64,000 nt of DNA from Candidatus Latescibacterota bacterium (GCA_965226795.1 CBDDDZ010000005.1:224001-288000), one strand, 5' to 3'. Positions 1 through 10,365 are shown, numbered from the stretch's first letter. The notes: generated from the sequence alone by a model not told the origin. Translations and numbers: made by a program.

Positions 1-140
1 GCCTGTGCCCTACGGGCTAAAAAGGATACACGCACGGTGGTGCTGTACGGAATTAACACGGAAAAACCCCCCGCTCTACCGCCCTGCGGTCGTGAGGTGG
101 ACCGAAGAGGACCGCCGCTTGGATTGTCGGTTGTACCGCT
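1..140 (-). repeat. Dispersed non-coding element, copy A (runs off window start)
   Basis: Reverse complement of 67-140 aligns without gaps to 57934-58007 (56/74 identical by hand count). Similarity continues through TTTTTCCGYGTTA(A)TTCCGTWCAGCA and CCSGYAGGGCA. Confidence 0.8.
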
Positions 141-214
141 GGCTGCGCTCACACTCTGAATTGGAAGACCAATTGGTCAACGAAAGCGAAACCTGACTGG
201 AGGACTCCCAGAGC

Positions 215-385
215 AGAGCGCGTGGTTCCGTTCGTCTGGGAGTATGGGCTTCCTCCCGGACTGGTAGGGCAGCAGGCGAAGTGCATCCTGTGAGGTAATT
301 CGCGCTGGGCATATGAACGGCCCCGCGCCAAGCGGCGACTTTTGGTTCCTTTTGGTCGCGTCAAAAGGAACCCGCCGGAGGCAGG
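215..385 (+). repeat. Dispersed non-coding element, copy B, ending in a hairpin
   Basis: Blocks CGCGTGGTTCCGTTC (219), CTGGTAGGGCA (261) and CGGCCCCGCGCCAAGCGGCG (318) are collinear with copy C. Hairpin GTTCCTTTTG/CAAAAGGAAC at 345-371. Confidence 0.65.
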
Positions 386-467
386 GAATTTGGGGAGATG
401 TGGATTTTGAGTTTGGTTTTCGCCTCTTGCTTCAAGCTGTCGGCTAACCACTGTCTTTGCTTCAGTA

Positions 468-3350
468 CTAGAAATCCGCCGTCAGGCCGACGGATAAGAG
501 CCGACCGATTTCGGGGGCCCCGACGAATTCACGGTGTTTCTGGTTGAACATGTTGGTTGCGTTCACGACGAGCGCAACCGTTCCATCTGTAACCATGGAC
601 GGCAGTTCGTACCTGAGGTCCGCGTCGAAGACCAGGGAGGACTTGACGTCGCCGATGTAGACGCCCGAGTTCATCGGGAATCCGCTGCGGCCGCGGAGGC
701 GAAACCCGATCCGGACCCCGGATTCCTGCATTTTGGCGGTTGCGCCGAGGGTGAATTTGTTGCGCGGGGCGTTGAGCGCGATGTCCGCGATACCGCCCAG
801 ATTCTTGAACAGGTCCTTGTTGACGTGGGAATAGCTGCCCGAAAAGGTCCACGTGTCATCCGCGTAGTAAGCGATGCTGACGTCCACGCCGTAAAAGTCG
901 ACGTCACCGAAGTTGCGGTAGGTCAACATAATCGCATTGGGATCGGTAGATTGCAAGGGCGACACGGTGCCGAAGGGGATGAATGCGGCGCCGTTATTAT
1001 TTGTGCCTGCCACGAAGAGACGGGTGAGTTCGTCTATGGGGGTGTTGTTTCCGTTGCCGCCCTCTCCAGGAGAATCCAGGAATGCGAGCGCGCCGGCCAG
1101 TGCGGCCGCGGACGGGTGTTGAAGGGCCTGCGTGATAGCGGCGGACAGTGAAGTAGATAGAGCGGTTGGATCCAGGAATACGTTCGGCGTTTCCACCCGC
1201 AGTGGACCGACAAAGTCCTGGGTGCGGGTACGGTAGACGTCGGCGGCAAGGACGAAACGGTTAGCGAAGATGCCCTTGTAACCCACTTCATAGGTTTCCG
1301 TAATGGTGGGCCTGATTTTGTCAACGTCCCGTACGGTCGATGCTCCCAGGTCGGGCACCGGATCGAAGGCTGCGGTCGAGGGGTTCAGAACCCGGAGGGT
1401 GTTCCTCAGGCCTGGAAGGGTCTGCGGAATGATATTCTGAAAAGCGACCGCGAGCCCCTCCACCCGCTGGGCCGCCATGGCCGGAATCTGTTCCGGGGGG
1501 ACCCCGGCGGCCGTGAGTAGTGCGGTCATCAGTTCCGTTGCCTTCGCCTTTAGTGACGGCAGGGCCGCAGCCATCACGGCGCTTCGCCCGATACCCCACA
1601 TCACATTGCTGAAACGTGCGTCGTTCATCCCGATCTGGTGTGAAGGCGACAGGCCGATAACCTGAGCGAAGGGCGAACGGAAATAAGGAACGCCGCTGGC
1701 ATCCCTGCTGAAGGTGAATCCATCCTCGGTTCCCTGTGCGCGGATATCGAAGCTCGGGCTGAATCCCAGGACCGGTTGAAAGGCGCGACCCGTACCGAAG
1801 GCGTCCCTGGCCTGGGCGACGTCCAGGAAGAGATTGTTTGTGGATGGCGTACCGAATGCCCTGTTGTACGTCAGCCTGAAGGTTTGCAAGGGGTCCGGTT
1901 TCAGAACAACGGCGGCCCGGGGAGAGAAGACCCGCTCGTCAACGTGGTTGTGGTCGTCGTACCGGGCGGCCGCTACCAGCGTCAGATACTCGTTAAAGGT
2001 GCTCTCGCCCTGCACGTAGACCCCGAGTTCGTTGATATCGTCGCGGGTTTCATTGGAACCGGTGATGGTACCACCTGTATTCGGGCGCGTGAACAGGGCG
2101 TCCATCCCGTAGGTAATCAGGTTACGGTCTGCCAGGCTAAAGCTATGCTGGGCCTGCAGGACCGTAAAGGAGGACTTGTCCACGATGAGCGCGTTTGTCC
2201 GCAGGAGTTTGGTATCCCCGGCGTCGCTGCCGTTGTGAAAGGCCTGAATGAATATGTCCTTGAAAAGCAGGCGACCCTGGAGGGAGTAATTGGCCCATCC
2301 GTCGGCCTGACCTCCGCCGATACCCGTCATTTCGATACTGTTGATCCGCGCAAAGCCGGCGGAAAGGATCCCCGTGAGATCCTCGCGGGGACGAACGTCG
2401 AGTCGCAGTTCCCCGCTGATGCGGCTCACATCGTAGTCTCTGGGATTCCTGCCGCGGAGGCGCACCTCCTCGGGGTCCGTGTATTCCCAGTCCGTTCCGG
2501 AAAAGTACTGGCCGGACAGTTTGACGCCGACCTTTTCGGTTGAGGCGGCGTGCCGGAAGGAGAGTTTGCGCAGGTCGCGTTCGCCGCCCATGACGCTGAC
2601 AGACGTGCCTTCGGAGCCGAAGGGCGACCGGGTGATGATGTGCATCACGCCATTTGCGCTGTTTGGCCCGTAAAGGGCCGACCCGGGTCCCAGGACGACT
2701 TCGACGCGTTCGATGTCGTGGTTTGTAACGGGAATGAAGTGATGGGCGTTGAACCGGAGAGAAGGCACACGCGTAATCCGGTTGTCCACCAGTGTAAGCA
2801 GGGTGCCGGAGAACACGTTGTTGAAGCCGCGCGTGACGGTGTTGGCCTGGAAGAGGCCGGTCTGGGCGTTGTCCACGCCCGCAAGCCCCACGATGTAATC
2901 CGCGGCGCTCAAACCGCGCTGAGCCTGTACGGCGTCGGATTCAACGACCGCGACGGAGGCCGGCGCATCCAGGACTTTTTCCCGCCGGCGGGACGCGGAA
3001 ACGATGATCTGGTCTCCATAAAGAACCTCGACGTCGAGACTGAAGTCGAGGTCGATCCCGTCGCCGTCGGATAGCCGGACGTTGCTCCGGGTCGCGGTCT
3101 CGTATCCGACGAAAGAAACGGAGACTTCATAGGTGCCGTCCGGTAGACCTGTGGCCTCGTACAAGCCGTTCATGTTGGAGACGACCTTGATGGTAGCCTG
3201 TAGAGCCGCGCTTTGGACAATGACGTTGGCGCCGTACAGAGCATCGCCCTCCGCACCGGTGATTTTTCCCTTTATGGAGCCCGTGCCCTGCGCGAAGGCG
3301 GGTGCGACGAAGCAGAGCAGCAGGGTCAGGACCTTTCTTGCGGATGTCAT
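468..3350 (-). CDS. TonB-dependent outer-membrane receptor with N-terminal carboxypeptidase-regulatory-like domain
   Basis: Signal peptide; plug motifs IIVSASRR, DAPASVAVV and DIERVEVVLGPGSALYG; C-terminal Phe; RBS AAGGAG. Confidence 0.93.
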   Translation of the reverse strand: MTSARKVLTLLLCFVAPAFAQGTGSIKGKITGAEGDALYGANVIVQSAALQATIKVVSNMNGLYEATGLPDGTYEVSVSFVGYETATRSNVRLSDGDGIDLDFSLDVEVLYGDQIIVSASRRREKVLDAPASVAVVESDAVQAQRGLSAADYIVGLAGVDNAQTGLFQANTVTRGFNNVFSGTLLTLVDNRITRVPSLRFNAHHFIPVTNHDIERVEVVLGPGSALYGPNSANGVMHIITRSPFGSEGTSVSVMGGERDLRKLSFRHAASTEKVGVKLSGQYFSGTDWEYTDPEEVRLRGRNPRDYDVSRISGELRLDVRPREDLTGILSAGFARINSIEMTGIGGGQADGWANYSLQGRLLFKDIFIQAFHNGSDAGDTKLLRTNALIVDKSSFTVLQAQHSFSLADRNLITYGMDALFTRPNTGGTITGSNETRDDINELGVYVQGESTFNEYLTLVAAARYDDHNHVDERVFSPRAAVVLKPDPLQTFRLTYNRAFGTPSTNNLFLDVAQARDAFGTGRAFQPVLGFSPSFDIRAQGTEDGFTFSRDASGVPYFRSPFAQVIGLSPSHQIGMNDARFSNVMWGIGRSAVMAAALPSLKAKATELMTALLTAAGVPPEQIPAMAAQRVEGLAVAFQNIIPQTLPGLRNTLRVLNPSTAAFDPVPDLGASTVRDVDKIRPTITETYEVGYKGIFANRFVLAADVYRTRTQDFVGPLRVETPNVFLDPTALSTSLSAAITQALQHPSAAALAGALAFLDSPGEGGNGNNTPIDELTRLFVAGTNNNGAAFIPFGTVSPLQSTDPNAIMLTYRNFGDVDFYGVDVSIAYYADDTWTFSGSYSHVNKDLFKNLGGIADIALNAPRNKFTLGATAKMQESGVRIGFRLRGRSGFPMNSGVYIGDVKSSLVFDADLRYELPSMVTDGTVALVVNATNMFNQKHREFVGAPEIGRLLSVGLTADF

Positions 3351-3412
3351 AAGCTCACTCCTTTTAGTAGAAAGTAGAGAATTTGGTATCGGGTTTGCCT
3401 ATAAGAGGACGG

Positions 3413-3440
3413 AAGTTAACGGGGATGCCTTGCGTTTCAA
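3413..3440 (-). promoter_or_regulatory. Possible sigma70 promoter for the TonB-dependent receptor
   Basis: TTGAAA-N16-TAACTT on the minus strand upstream of the start codon. Confidence 0.25.
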
Positions 3441-3518
3441 AAATCGGCCCGGCATTCGGAGGGAGAATCCGTGGCGAATCGCCGTCTCGAGAGTTCCTGC
3501 CGTCACGACGGAGGGCGT

Positions 3519-4133
3519 TCAGCCGCCACGCCCGCTGTCCGGCCCTGGAAGGCGGGCAAGTGCTGCTCTGATAGCACCAGCCAGCGGTTCCGCCGAAGCC
3601 AGGTATTTGCGCGTGCTCGAGAAGACGCCGCCGCCGATCTGCTCGCCGGGCAGTCTCGGTATCAACTGAAAGTGCAGGTGGGTCAGCTTTCCGGAACACA
3701 TGGTGACCTGGTAGACTTTATCGCAGCCTGTAACCGTCCTCAGTGCCCGTGTCAGCCGAAGCATTACTGTCATCAACTCGCAGCCGAACCCTTCCGACAG
3801 CCCGGCGATATCCGGGATGTGTGGTTTGGCGATCACGATCGTGTGGCCCAGGCCGCGCGGGTATTGCTCGAGGACTGCGAAACATCGTTCGCTATCGAAC
3901 AGCAGGGCGCCGTCCGGGTTCGACGTGGCTTCACCCCGGGCAATATACTGGCAGGTATGGCAGACCCCCTCCGAGATAAGGGTGTTCCATTCGCAGTTGC
4001 GTTCGGCGCGCTCGTGTAACTCGCGCTCCGTGGCTGGTCTGACACAGCCACGGAGACGAGCGAAATCCGCCACCACCGGTTTACGATCTCCCATCGATTC
4101 GCCAGTGTCGCAAATTGCGACGGTTAGTTTCAT
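3519..4133 (-). CDS. HIT-family protein (HxHxQ variant)
   Basis: CxxC, YPRGLGHTIVIAKPH, and HLHFQLIPR. Start codon uncertain. Confidence 0.75.
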   Translation of the reverse strand: MKLTVAICDTGESMGDRKPVVADFARLRGCVRPATERELHERAERNCEWNTLISEGVCHTCQYIARGEATSNPDGALLFDSERCFAVLEQYPRGLGHTIVIAKPHIPDIAGLSEGFGCELMTVMLRLTRALRTVTGCDKVYQVTMCSGKLTHLHFQLIPRLPGEQIGGGVFSSTRKYLASAEPLAGAIRAALARLPGPDSGRGG

Positions 4134-4353
4134 TAATATATGGCATTTTATTGTTGGTGTGTGCAGAAATCAACCCCCGACGACCCGATTTTCGGAGTGT
4201 CAGGAAAGATCCGGCAAAGGCAGGGACCGCCAGCCCGTCCACGCGCGATTGGGACGGACGGTAGTCGGAGAAGGTGGGTATCCAGGGTAGGGGCATGCTG
4301 CTGTACGCGGTGTGGGCGAGCGGTTTCCGGAGGCTCCTCGCGGACGATGCGGA

Positions 4354-7300
4354 CTACGGAAGTACGATTTTCCCCAGGTATTCCCTGAGCTTGGGCGGAA
4401 CGTGCTTTCGTATCAGGCTTTTCTTAAACGCCCAGGCCGTTTCCCCGTCGAGCTTCATCTCAAAGTGAACTGATTTTCCTTCGTAACGAGCGACGGGTTC
4501 CCCGTCGCGAAAGAGGATCCGGTTACCGGGAATCGCCGGGATACGCCTGCCCGGCGTAACGACTCCGACCAGGTTGACCGGATCGCAGGCACTGACCGAT
4601 ACGAGTTCGCCCCGTTTCTTTTCCCGCTTAAGGGACCGGATGACGGTAATTGCCTCGGAGAGCGCGTATTGCTCTCCCCATCTCTCCACGAATCGTCCTC
4701 CCCGGACCTCGCCTCGGTCCTCCATCCGCCTCAATACCCGTACCAGATCGCGCCAGGGCGGTATGCCGTTCTCTCTGGCCAGTACCCGTCTGAAGACAAC
4801 CCCGTAGCGTTTCAGCAGAATCCGCGCGCACTGTTCGATATCGGCCTCATCTTCGAATTCGGGTTCGATCACGGACCACCGGCCGGCTTGCTCCATGCCG
4901 AAGACCGGCCCCCGATTCCGACGGGACCGCACCTTGAATTTCTCAGGTATCAGGAGCGCCCGAAGACCCGCGAAGCTGTCGCACGTCAGCAATCCGGCCG
5001 CCACCAATTCGGCGATGGCGCTCTCGATTTCGCTCCTGAGCATTTTCGACCTGGCAAGGATGTCGTGGTAAAAAAGCGCGCCGCCGGCTTTCAGGCATTC
5101 GAGTACCCGTTGCGCGGAAGGCGTCAGGACCGGCGCGCAAGACTCCAAAGGGCGGAACGGCCAGGCCGCGAAGGTGGTTCGATTGACCAGGGTGATCGGC
5201 GTGGTTCGTATGGGGGTGTTTCCCGCCCTGACGCTTTGCGTCCTGAGATAACGGCCCCACATGGTTTTCCCCGATAAACAACAGGTATCCAGCCATAAAT
5301 GGTCGTAGTCCTTGATGCGCGAAGGCAGGACGTCGCTCTCCCACGCGATGGCTGGACAGGAAAATCCGTCGAGCTGATCCAGAACTTCCTTAAGCGCTTC
5401 GGGGCCCTCTTTCCGGGTGCCCTCGGTCAGACTGTGCCAGCGGAGAAGAAACCGAACGTAATCCGAAGAGGAAATGGGTCTTATTGCCCGCCGGAGCTTT
5501 TCGAGCGTGTATCTGTGGATACGCGCCAGCAGGCGGCGCTCGCACCATTCCGTTTCGGCGTCGGAAGGCAGGTCCGGTGAGAAGTGGCCCCTGATCGCGA
5601 ATCCCTCGGATTCCAGAGCGAGAAGAGCCTGGTCGATCCGCTGTCTGGAAAGGCCCATATCGCCTGCGATTCCGGACGCGGTTGTGGGCCCCAGCAGTTC
5701 TATCCGGCCCCTGACCACGTCCGTGAGTACCTGTTCCGGATCCTCCGACGAAAATGTCCGGATGGAGTCGTGAACCGCCGTTGCGCCGCGTCCGACGGTT
5801 TCGCCGTACAGGACCTCGAATTGCGGAATCCTCTCGACGGCAATCCAGAGTTTCGGTCCGTCCCTCGGGTCGACGGGTACCGCCTGACCCGATTCCACCA
5901 GCGACGCCAGGAGCGGCCGCCACGTTCCATCGCCGCTCTCCGTGATTTCCGCGTCGGTCAGGAACCCGTGCATCACCAGGACATCATACAATTCATCCGC
6001 GTCCGTAACCGCTGGCCAGGCCTCCTCCTTCACCGCATCGATCGCACCTTGCTCCAGCTTGCCCAGCTTCCTGGCGTCCGCGGGTTCGAGCCGCCTGCGT
6101 GTTCTGACGGCCTGTACCCGCCTTTCCTCAAGTGGCGCGTCATCCAGGAACGCATACGGCCGCGCATTGAGAATGCTCTCGGACATGGGGGAAGGTTCAC
6201 GGAGATCACGAGCCGACACTTCGATTTCCCCTGTGTGAATCCGCTGGAGAAGACGCTCCAGAGCGTCCACGTCCATCGCCTCGTGGAGGCAGTCGTGAAT
6301 CGTCTGGTACACCAGGGGATGGTCCGGTACCTCGCGGTCACCGGGGATGTTTTCCAGGCAGGCGAGCTGATCAGGAAAAATCAGGGCCAGCAGGTCCTCG
6401 GCGTCGGAACGCTGGATCTGGGGCGGAACGCGTTCTCCGCCCCTGCGCCTGAGCACAGCCAGCGCCGTGCAGGCGTTCCAGCGCCATCGCGCCTGGAACA
6501 TCGGCGCATCCAGCAGGGCCTGTACGAGAACCTCGCGAACCGTCCGGTCGTTCAGATAGCCGACCACTTCCTCAAGAGGGAAACTGTGCGTGGGCCCGAG
6601 GGAGAGCACCAGGCTCTCTTCGTTCGCCGCCGCCTGGAGTTCGAAGTTGAACTTTCGGCAGAATCGTTTTCGAAGGGCGAGCCCCCACGCCCGGTTCAAC
6701 CGGTTTCCGAAGACCGAATGGATGACGAGGTGCTGGTCGCCCACCTCGTCGAAGAAACGCTCCATAACGATGTGCTTCTGCGACGGTACCAGGTCCAGAG
6801 ATGCCTTTGTGGCAGCCAGGTACGTGACCACCTGGTCGGCCGCCTCCGCGCTTGCGCCGACCTCGTCCGTCAGCCAGGCGGCGGCATCCGTTTTCCATTC
6901 TCCGGATCCGTTGTCGTCCAGTTCATCGAGGTTTATTCTCGCAGCCACTTCTTCGCGGACACGGGAGACCGACGTTGAGAGTTCCGCGGATCTGCCGGGG
7001 GCTTCGCCGATCCAGAACGGCATGGTGGGGGGAAGGCCGTCGGCGTCTTCGACGCGCACCTTTCCGGTTTCCACCTTGAGGATTCGCCACGAAGCGGTGC
7101 CCAGCTGAAAAATGTCGCCAGGAAGGCTCTCGACGGCGAAATCTTCGTGCACGGAGCCGATCTGAACGCCGGATGGTTCCAGGCGCACGTCATAGTCGAA
7201 CTGGTCGGGGATGGTTCCTCCCGAGACGATCGCGTTGAGACGAGCGCCTTTTTTGGCCCTCAGTGTCCGCGTGACCGGATTGAAGTGGAGGTAGGACCGC

Positions 7301-8685
7301 CGCGTACCCCGCCTGAATGTGAATCCCTCCACCAGCATCTGGACGACGCCGTTGAATTCTTCAATGCTCAGATTTCGATAGATGGACGATTTCCGGACGA
7401 GGTCGTAGAGCGCTTCTGACGTGCTGTCCTCACTCGCGACCTCAGCCACGATCTGCTGGGCGAGCACATCCAGCGGTTTCTCGGGAAAGGGAAGGTTCTC
7501 CAGTTCGCCCCGGCGGACACTGTCCAGCAGCGCCACGGCTTCGACCAGTTCATCTTTGGTGAGCGGATACAGCTTCCCGCTCGGGGTTCCCTCGAGGGTG
7601 TGGCCGGAACGGCCAACGCGCTGAAGCAGCGTGGCGATGGCCTTGGGGGATCCGATTTGAACAACCAGATCGATGGATCCCACGTCGATGCCCAGTTCGA
7701 GAGATCCGGTGGCCACCAGGGCACTCAGGGCGCCGGCCTTGAGCCTCGTCTCCGCGTCCAGGCGTTTTTCGCGGGACATGCTCCCGTGGTGGGCGGAGAC
7801 GACCTCGGGCCCCAGCCGGTCGGACAGATGATGCGAAAGGCGTTCGGCCATGGAGCGCGTGGGCACGAATATCAGGGTGGTCTGATGTTCGGTGATGGTA
7901 CGTTCCAGGGATTGATGGATCTCTTCCCAGACTTCATTGGCCATCACTGCCGTGAGCGGCGATTCCGGCAACTCGATGTCCAGTTCCAACTCGCGCCGAT
8001 GACCGATGTTGAGGATCTTGCAGGGTTCTGCGTTTCCGGTGAGAAAATGCGCCATCCGATCAATGGGCTTCTGGGTGGCGGAGATACCGATCCGGTGGAC
8101 CGGGTTCCGGCTGAGGCGCGCCAGTCGCTCCATTGAAATGGACAGGTGGGCGCCGCGTTTGTTACCGGCAACGGCGTGGATCTCATCCACGATTAACGTG
8201 CCCGCGCTGCTCAGCATTTCCCGTCCGCCGTTGCTTGTCAGGAGAAGGTAGAGAGATTCCGGCGTGGTCACCAGGATGTGGGGGGGCGTCCGGATCATCT
8301 TTGCCCGTTCGGAGCCCGGTGTGTCTCCGGTCCGGACCATCGCCCGCACGTCCGCGTTGGGGTAACCGTTCTGTTCCAGGAGCGCCTTTATGCCCTTGAG
8401 CGGGACCTGCAGATTGCGATGGATATCGTTGCTGAGCGCCTTCAGGGGCGATACATAGACGACCTGGGTCCGGTCCTCCAGCGTGCCGTCGAGACGGCGC
8501 TCGAACAGGTCGTTCAGGACTGCCATAAATGCCGCGAGCGTTTTCCCGGATCCTGTCGGCGCGGACAGCAGGACATTTCTTCTATTCAGGATTTCAGGCC
8601 ATGCCAGAGACTGAATTTCGGACGGGTCGTTGAAATTCTTATTAAACCACTGCCGGACAACGGGATGGAAGCTTTCCAAGGGCAT
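4354..8685 (-). CDS. lhr: ATP-dependent helicase Lhr (full-length type with C-terminal winged-helix/AlkZ-like region)
   Basis: APTGSGKT, DEIH, SAT, AHHGS, LELGIDVG, QRVGRSGH; C-terminal RGGRFV..EQYA and DPVNL motifs. Confidence 0.93.
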   Translation of the reverse strand: MPLESFHPVVRQWFNKNFNDPSEIQSLAWPEILNRRNVLLSAPTGSGKTLAAFMAVLNDLFERRLDGTLEDRTQVVYVSPLKALSNDIHRNLQVPLKGIKALLEQNGYPNADVRAMVRTGDTPGSERAKMIRTPPHILVTTPESLYLLLTSNGGREMLSSAGTLIVDEIHAVAGNKRGAHLSISMERLARLSRNPVHRIGISATQKPIDRMAHFLTGNAEPCKILNIGHRRELELDIELPESPLTAVMANEVWEEIHQSLERTITEHQTTLIFVPTRSMAERLSHHLSDRLGPEVVSAHHGSMSREKRLDAETRLKAGALSALVATGSLELGIDVGSIDLVVQIGSPKAIATLLQRVGRSGHTLEGTPSGKLYPLTKDELVEAVALLDSVRRGELENLPFPEKPLDVLAQQIVAEVASEDSTSEALYDLVRKSSIYRNLSIEEFNGVVQMLVEGFTFRRGTRRSYLHFNPVTRTLRAKKGARLNAIVSGGTIPDQFDYDVRLEPSGVQIGSVHEDFAVESLPGDIFQLGTASWRILKVETGKVRVEDADGLPPTMPFWIGEAPGRSAELSTSVSRVREEVAARINLDELDDNGSGEWKTDAAAWLTDEVGASAEAADQVVTYLAATKASLDLVPSQKHIVMERFFDEVGDQHLVIHSVFGNRLNRAWGLALRKRFCRKFNFELQAAANEESLVLSLGPTHSFPLEEVVGYLNDRTVREVLVQALLDAPMFQARWRWNACTALAVLRRRGGERVPPQIQRSDAEDLLALIFPDQLACLENIPGDREVPDHPLVYQTIHDCLHEAMDVDALERLLQRIHTGEIEVSARDLREPSPMSESILNARPYAFLDDAPLEERRVQAVRTRRRLEPADARKLGKLEQGAIDAVKEEAWPAVTDADELYDVLVMHGFLTDAEITESGDGTWRPLLASLVESGQAVPVDPRDGPKLWIAVERIPQFEVLYGETVGRGATAVHDSIRTFSSEDPEQVLTDVVRGRIELLGPTTASGIAGDMGLSRQRIDQALLALESEGFAIRGHFSPDLPSDAETEWCERRLLARIHRYTLEKLRRAIRPISSSDYVRFLLRWHSLTEGTRKEGPEALKEVLDQLDGFSCPAIAWESDVLPSRIKDYDHLWLDTCCLSGKTMWGRYLRTQSVRAGNTPIRTTPITLVNRTTFAAWPFRPLESCAPVLTPSAQRVLECLKAGGALFYHDILARSKMLRSEIESAIAELVAAGLLTCDSFAGLRALLIPEKFKVRSRRNRGPVFGMEQAGRWSVIEPEFEDEADIEQCARILLKRYGVVFRRVLARENGIPPWRDLVRVLRRMEDRGEVRGGRFVERWGEQYALSEAITVIRSLKREKKRGELVSVSACDPVNLVGVVTPGRRIPAIPGNRILFRDGEPVARYEGKSVHFEMKLDGETAWAFKKSLIRKHVPPKLREYLGKIVLP

Positions 8686-8833
8686 GTGCGTTCCTCATCC
8701 GGAGTCTGTCGACGCCGGAATAAGACGTTTCGGCCGCGGTGTACGGGGGAACATCCGTTCACCAATATAGTGTACAGCCCTGTCAAAGGCAAGGCGCCGG
8801 AATCCGATTTCCGGTCCGGTTCCGGGACGCCAC

Positions 8834-9577
8834 CTAACGCCGTGCATGATCCTGGTGTATTGGCCGGAACTCGCCCCAGTGGGTGATCGAGTCCGTCCAC
8901 GTTTGCCGGTCCGTCGTCGGCCGGTCGCGCGAACGATCGAAATATACGGCGGCTATGCCCAGCGATCTCGGGGCCAGGACATCGTTTTGAAGATTATCCC
9001 CGATGAATAGGACGTCACCGGCGCGTTCAGCGGAAAGCCCGGCGCGACTGAGACTCTCACGATAGATTTCGGGGCCCGGTTTTCTGAACCCCAATCTGGC
9101 GCTGTCCACGACAAATTCGAAGTTTTCCAACAATCCGTAGTCGGCGAGCAGCTGTTCCGGCCACCCTGAAAGGTAGAAATTCGACACGACACCCATACGA
9201 ACGCTACCGCGCCACGACGCCAGCATCGCCTCGACCCCTGGCGTAGGCCGGACCTGCTTCGGATAAGACCTTTCGAATTCTTCCACCATTTCTTGTACGA
9301 GCCGATGGGCGGGCTTTCGATCGATCTTTCCGGAAGCCATCAGCACTTCCATCAGGCGATCCGGGAGCAACACCTCCCTCGAGTCGTTGCCGGACAATCG
9401 GTGCCTCCGCCAGCGCGAATACGCATTCACGAAGTCGCGCGGCGTGGCGAAGTAACCCTCCCGGACCGGCAGGTCGACAATCGAGCTCAATCCGGACTCA
9501 TCTCCGGTTTCATCGAAGTCGTCCAAAAGCGTATTGAAGCAATCGAAGAAGATCCAACTGGGTGTACGGTTGGTCAT
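8834..9577 (-). CDS. HAD-superfamily hydrolase
   Basis: FFDCFNTL, VVSN, RKP, FIGDNLQNDV. Confidence 0.88.
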   Translation of the reverse strand: MTNRTPSWIFFDCFNTLLDDFDETGDESGLSSIVDLPVREGYFATPRDFVNAYSRWRRHRLSGNDSREVLLPDRLMEVLMASGKIDRKPAHRLVQEMVEEFERSYPKQVRPTPGVEAMLASWRGSVRMGVVSNFYLSGWPEQLLADYGLLENFEFVVDSARLGFRKPGPEIYRESLSRAGLSAERAGDVLFIGDNLQNDVLAPRSLGIAAVYFDRSRDRPTTDRQTWTDSITHWGEFRPIHQDHARR

Positions 9578-10365
9578 GGAGTCGACGAAGACGATTGGGA
9601 GAGATTAATGTTCGTGGCCACAATTCTCGAGGTCCAATTCAGAACGGTATCCAGACCGGCGAGATGCGCGTTCGTTCGCTGCGCCATCGGCCAGGCCGTG
9701 GGCGTCTCGAAGATGAGCACGTGGTCCGCGTGGTGATGATATACGTAGGGGACGGTCCCGCCGGTGCCCCACGACGGCGAGACCTTGTAGACGCCCCTTG
9801 AGATGGGGAGGTCGTTCTCTTCCTCTTCCCCGTCGGGATCGATAGCGCCCACCTTCTCGACTTCGCGGACGATATCCGGACCGGCCCACCGTTCATCGCG
9901 GCGGCCTTCGTACATGTAGAATCCGGTGGCCTCCCAGTCTTCGTGAAAATCCACGTACAGGTCGAACCGCTTTCCTTTCAATATCTGCTTGACAATATCG
10001 CTCTCGGGAACCCCGGGCTCCGAGAAAGACCGGTTGATGTCTGTGCCCTCCCGGTTTTCCCTTCTGTTGTGGACGTATCCGTAGGGATTGACGCACGGCA
10101 GAATGAGAAACGTAAAGTAATGAAGCAGATCCACCGGGTTCCGTTCGAGAAAGGCGAGAACCGCCTCCGGCCCTGCCGGTTCGTCCCCGTGGACGCCGCC
10201 GGAGAGAAGCACGGGTTTCCGACCGCGCGGGTCACCGCCCAACCGGATGCAATAGATGGGAAATCCGTCCACGAATCCGGCCGTCTCTATCTCCATATCC
10301 GCGAGATCCAGTGCCTCCAGCCGCCGGGTCAAGCGGCCCAAATCATGGCCTTCCATTTTTAGCAT
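9574..10365 (-). CDS. M14-family metallocarboxypeptidase (AstE/AspA-like)
   Basis: GGVHGDEPAG, NPYG..NRREN..DINR, DFHED and FETP. Overlaps the HAD gene by 4 bp. Confidence 0.88.
   Translation of the reverse strand: MLKMEGHDLGRLTRRLEALDLADMEIETAGFVDGFPIYCIRLGGDPRGRKPVLLSGGVHGDEPAGPEAVLAFLERNPVDLLHYFTFLILPCVNPYGYVHNRRENREGTDINRSFSEPGVPESDIVKQILKGKRFDLYVDFHEDWEATGFYMYEGRRDERWAGPDIVREVEKVGAIDPDGEEEENDLPISRGVYKVSPSWGTGGTVPYVYHHHADHVLIFETPTAWPMAQRTNAHLAGLDTVLNWTSRIVATNINLSQSSSSTP

Noticed and set aside
1..385. Group II intron end, tmRNA, RNase P or other known RNA
   Set aside because: No domain V/VI, tRNA-like or RNase P consensus motifs recognised.
5..451. Short ORFs at the window start (5-196, 76-312, 149-451) and at 57925-58362
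   Set aside because: They overlap the dispersed repeat, and their frames are not preserved between copies.
3351..3518. Cobalamin or TPP riboswitch upstream of the TonB-dependent receptor
   Set aside because: No B12-box or TPP consensus; the spacer is short.
5584..6978. 464-aa plus-strand ORF
   Set aside because: Antisense shadow of lhr, typical of high-GC DNA.
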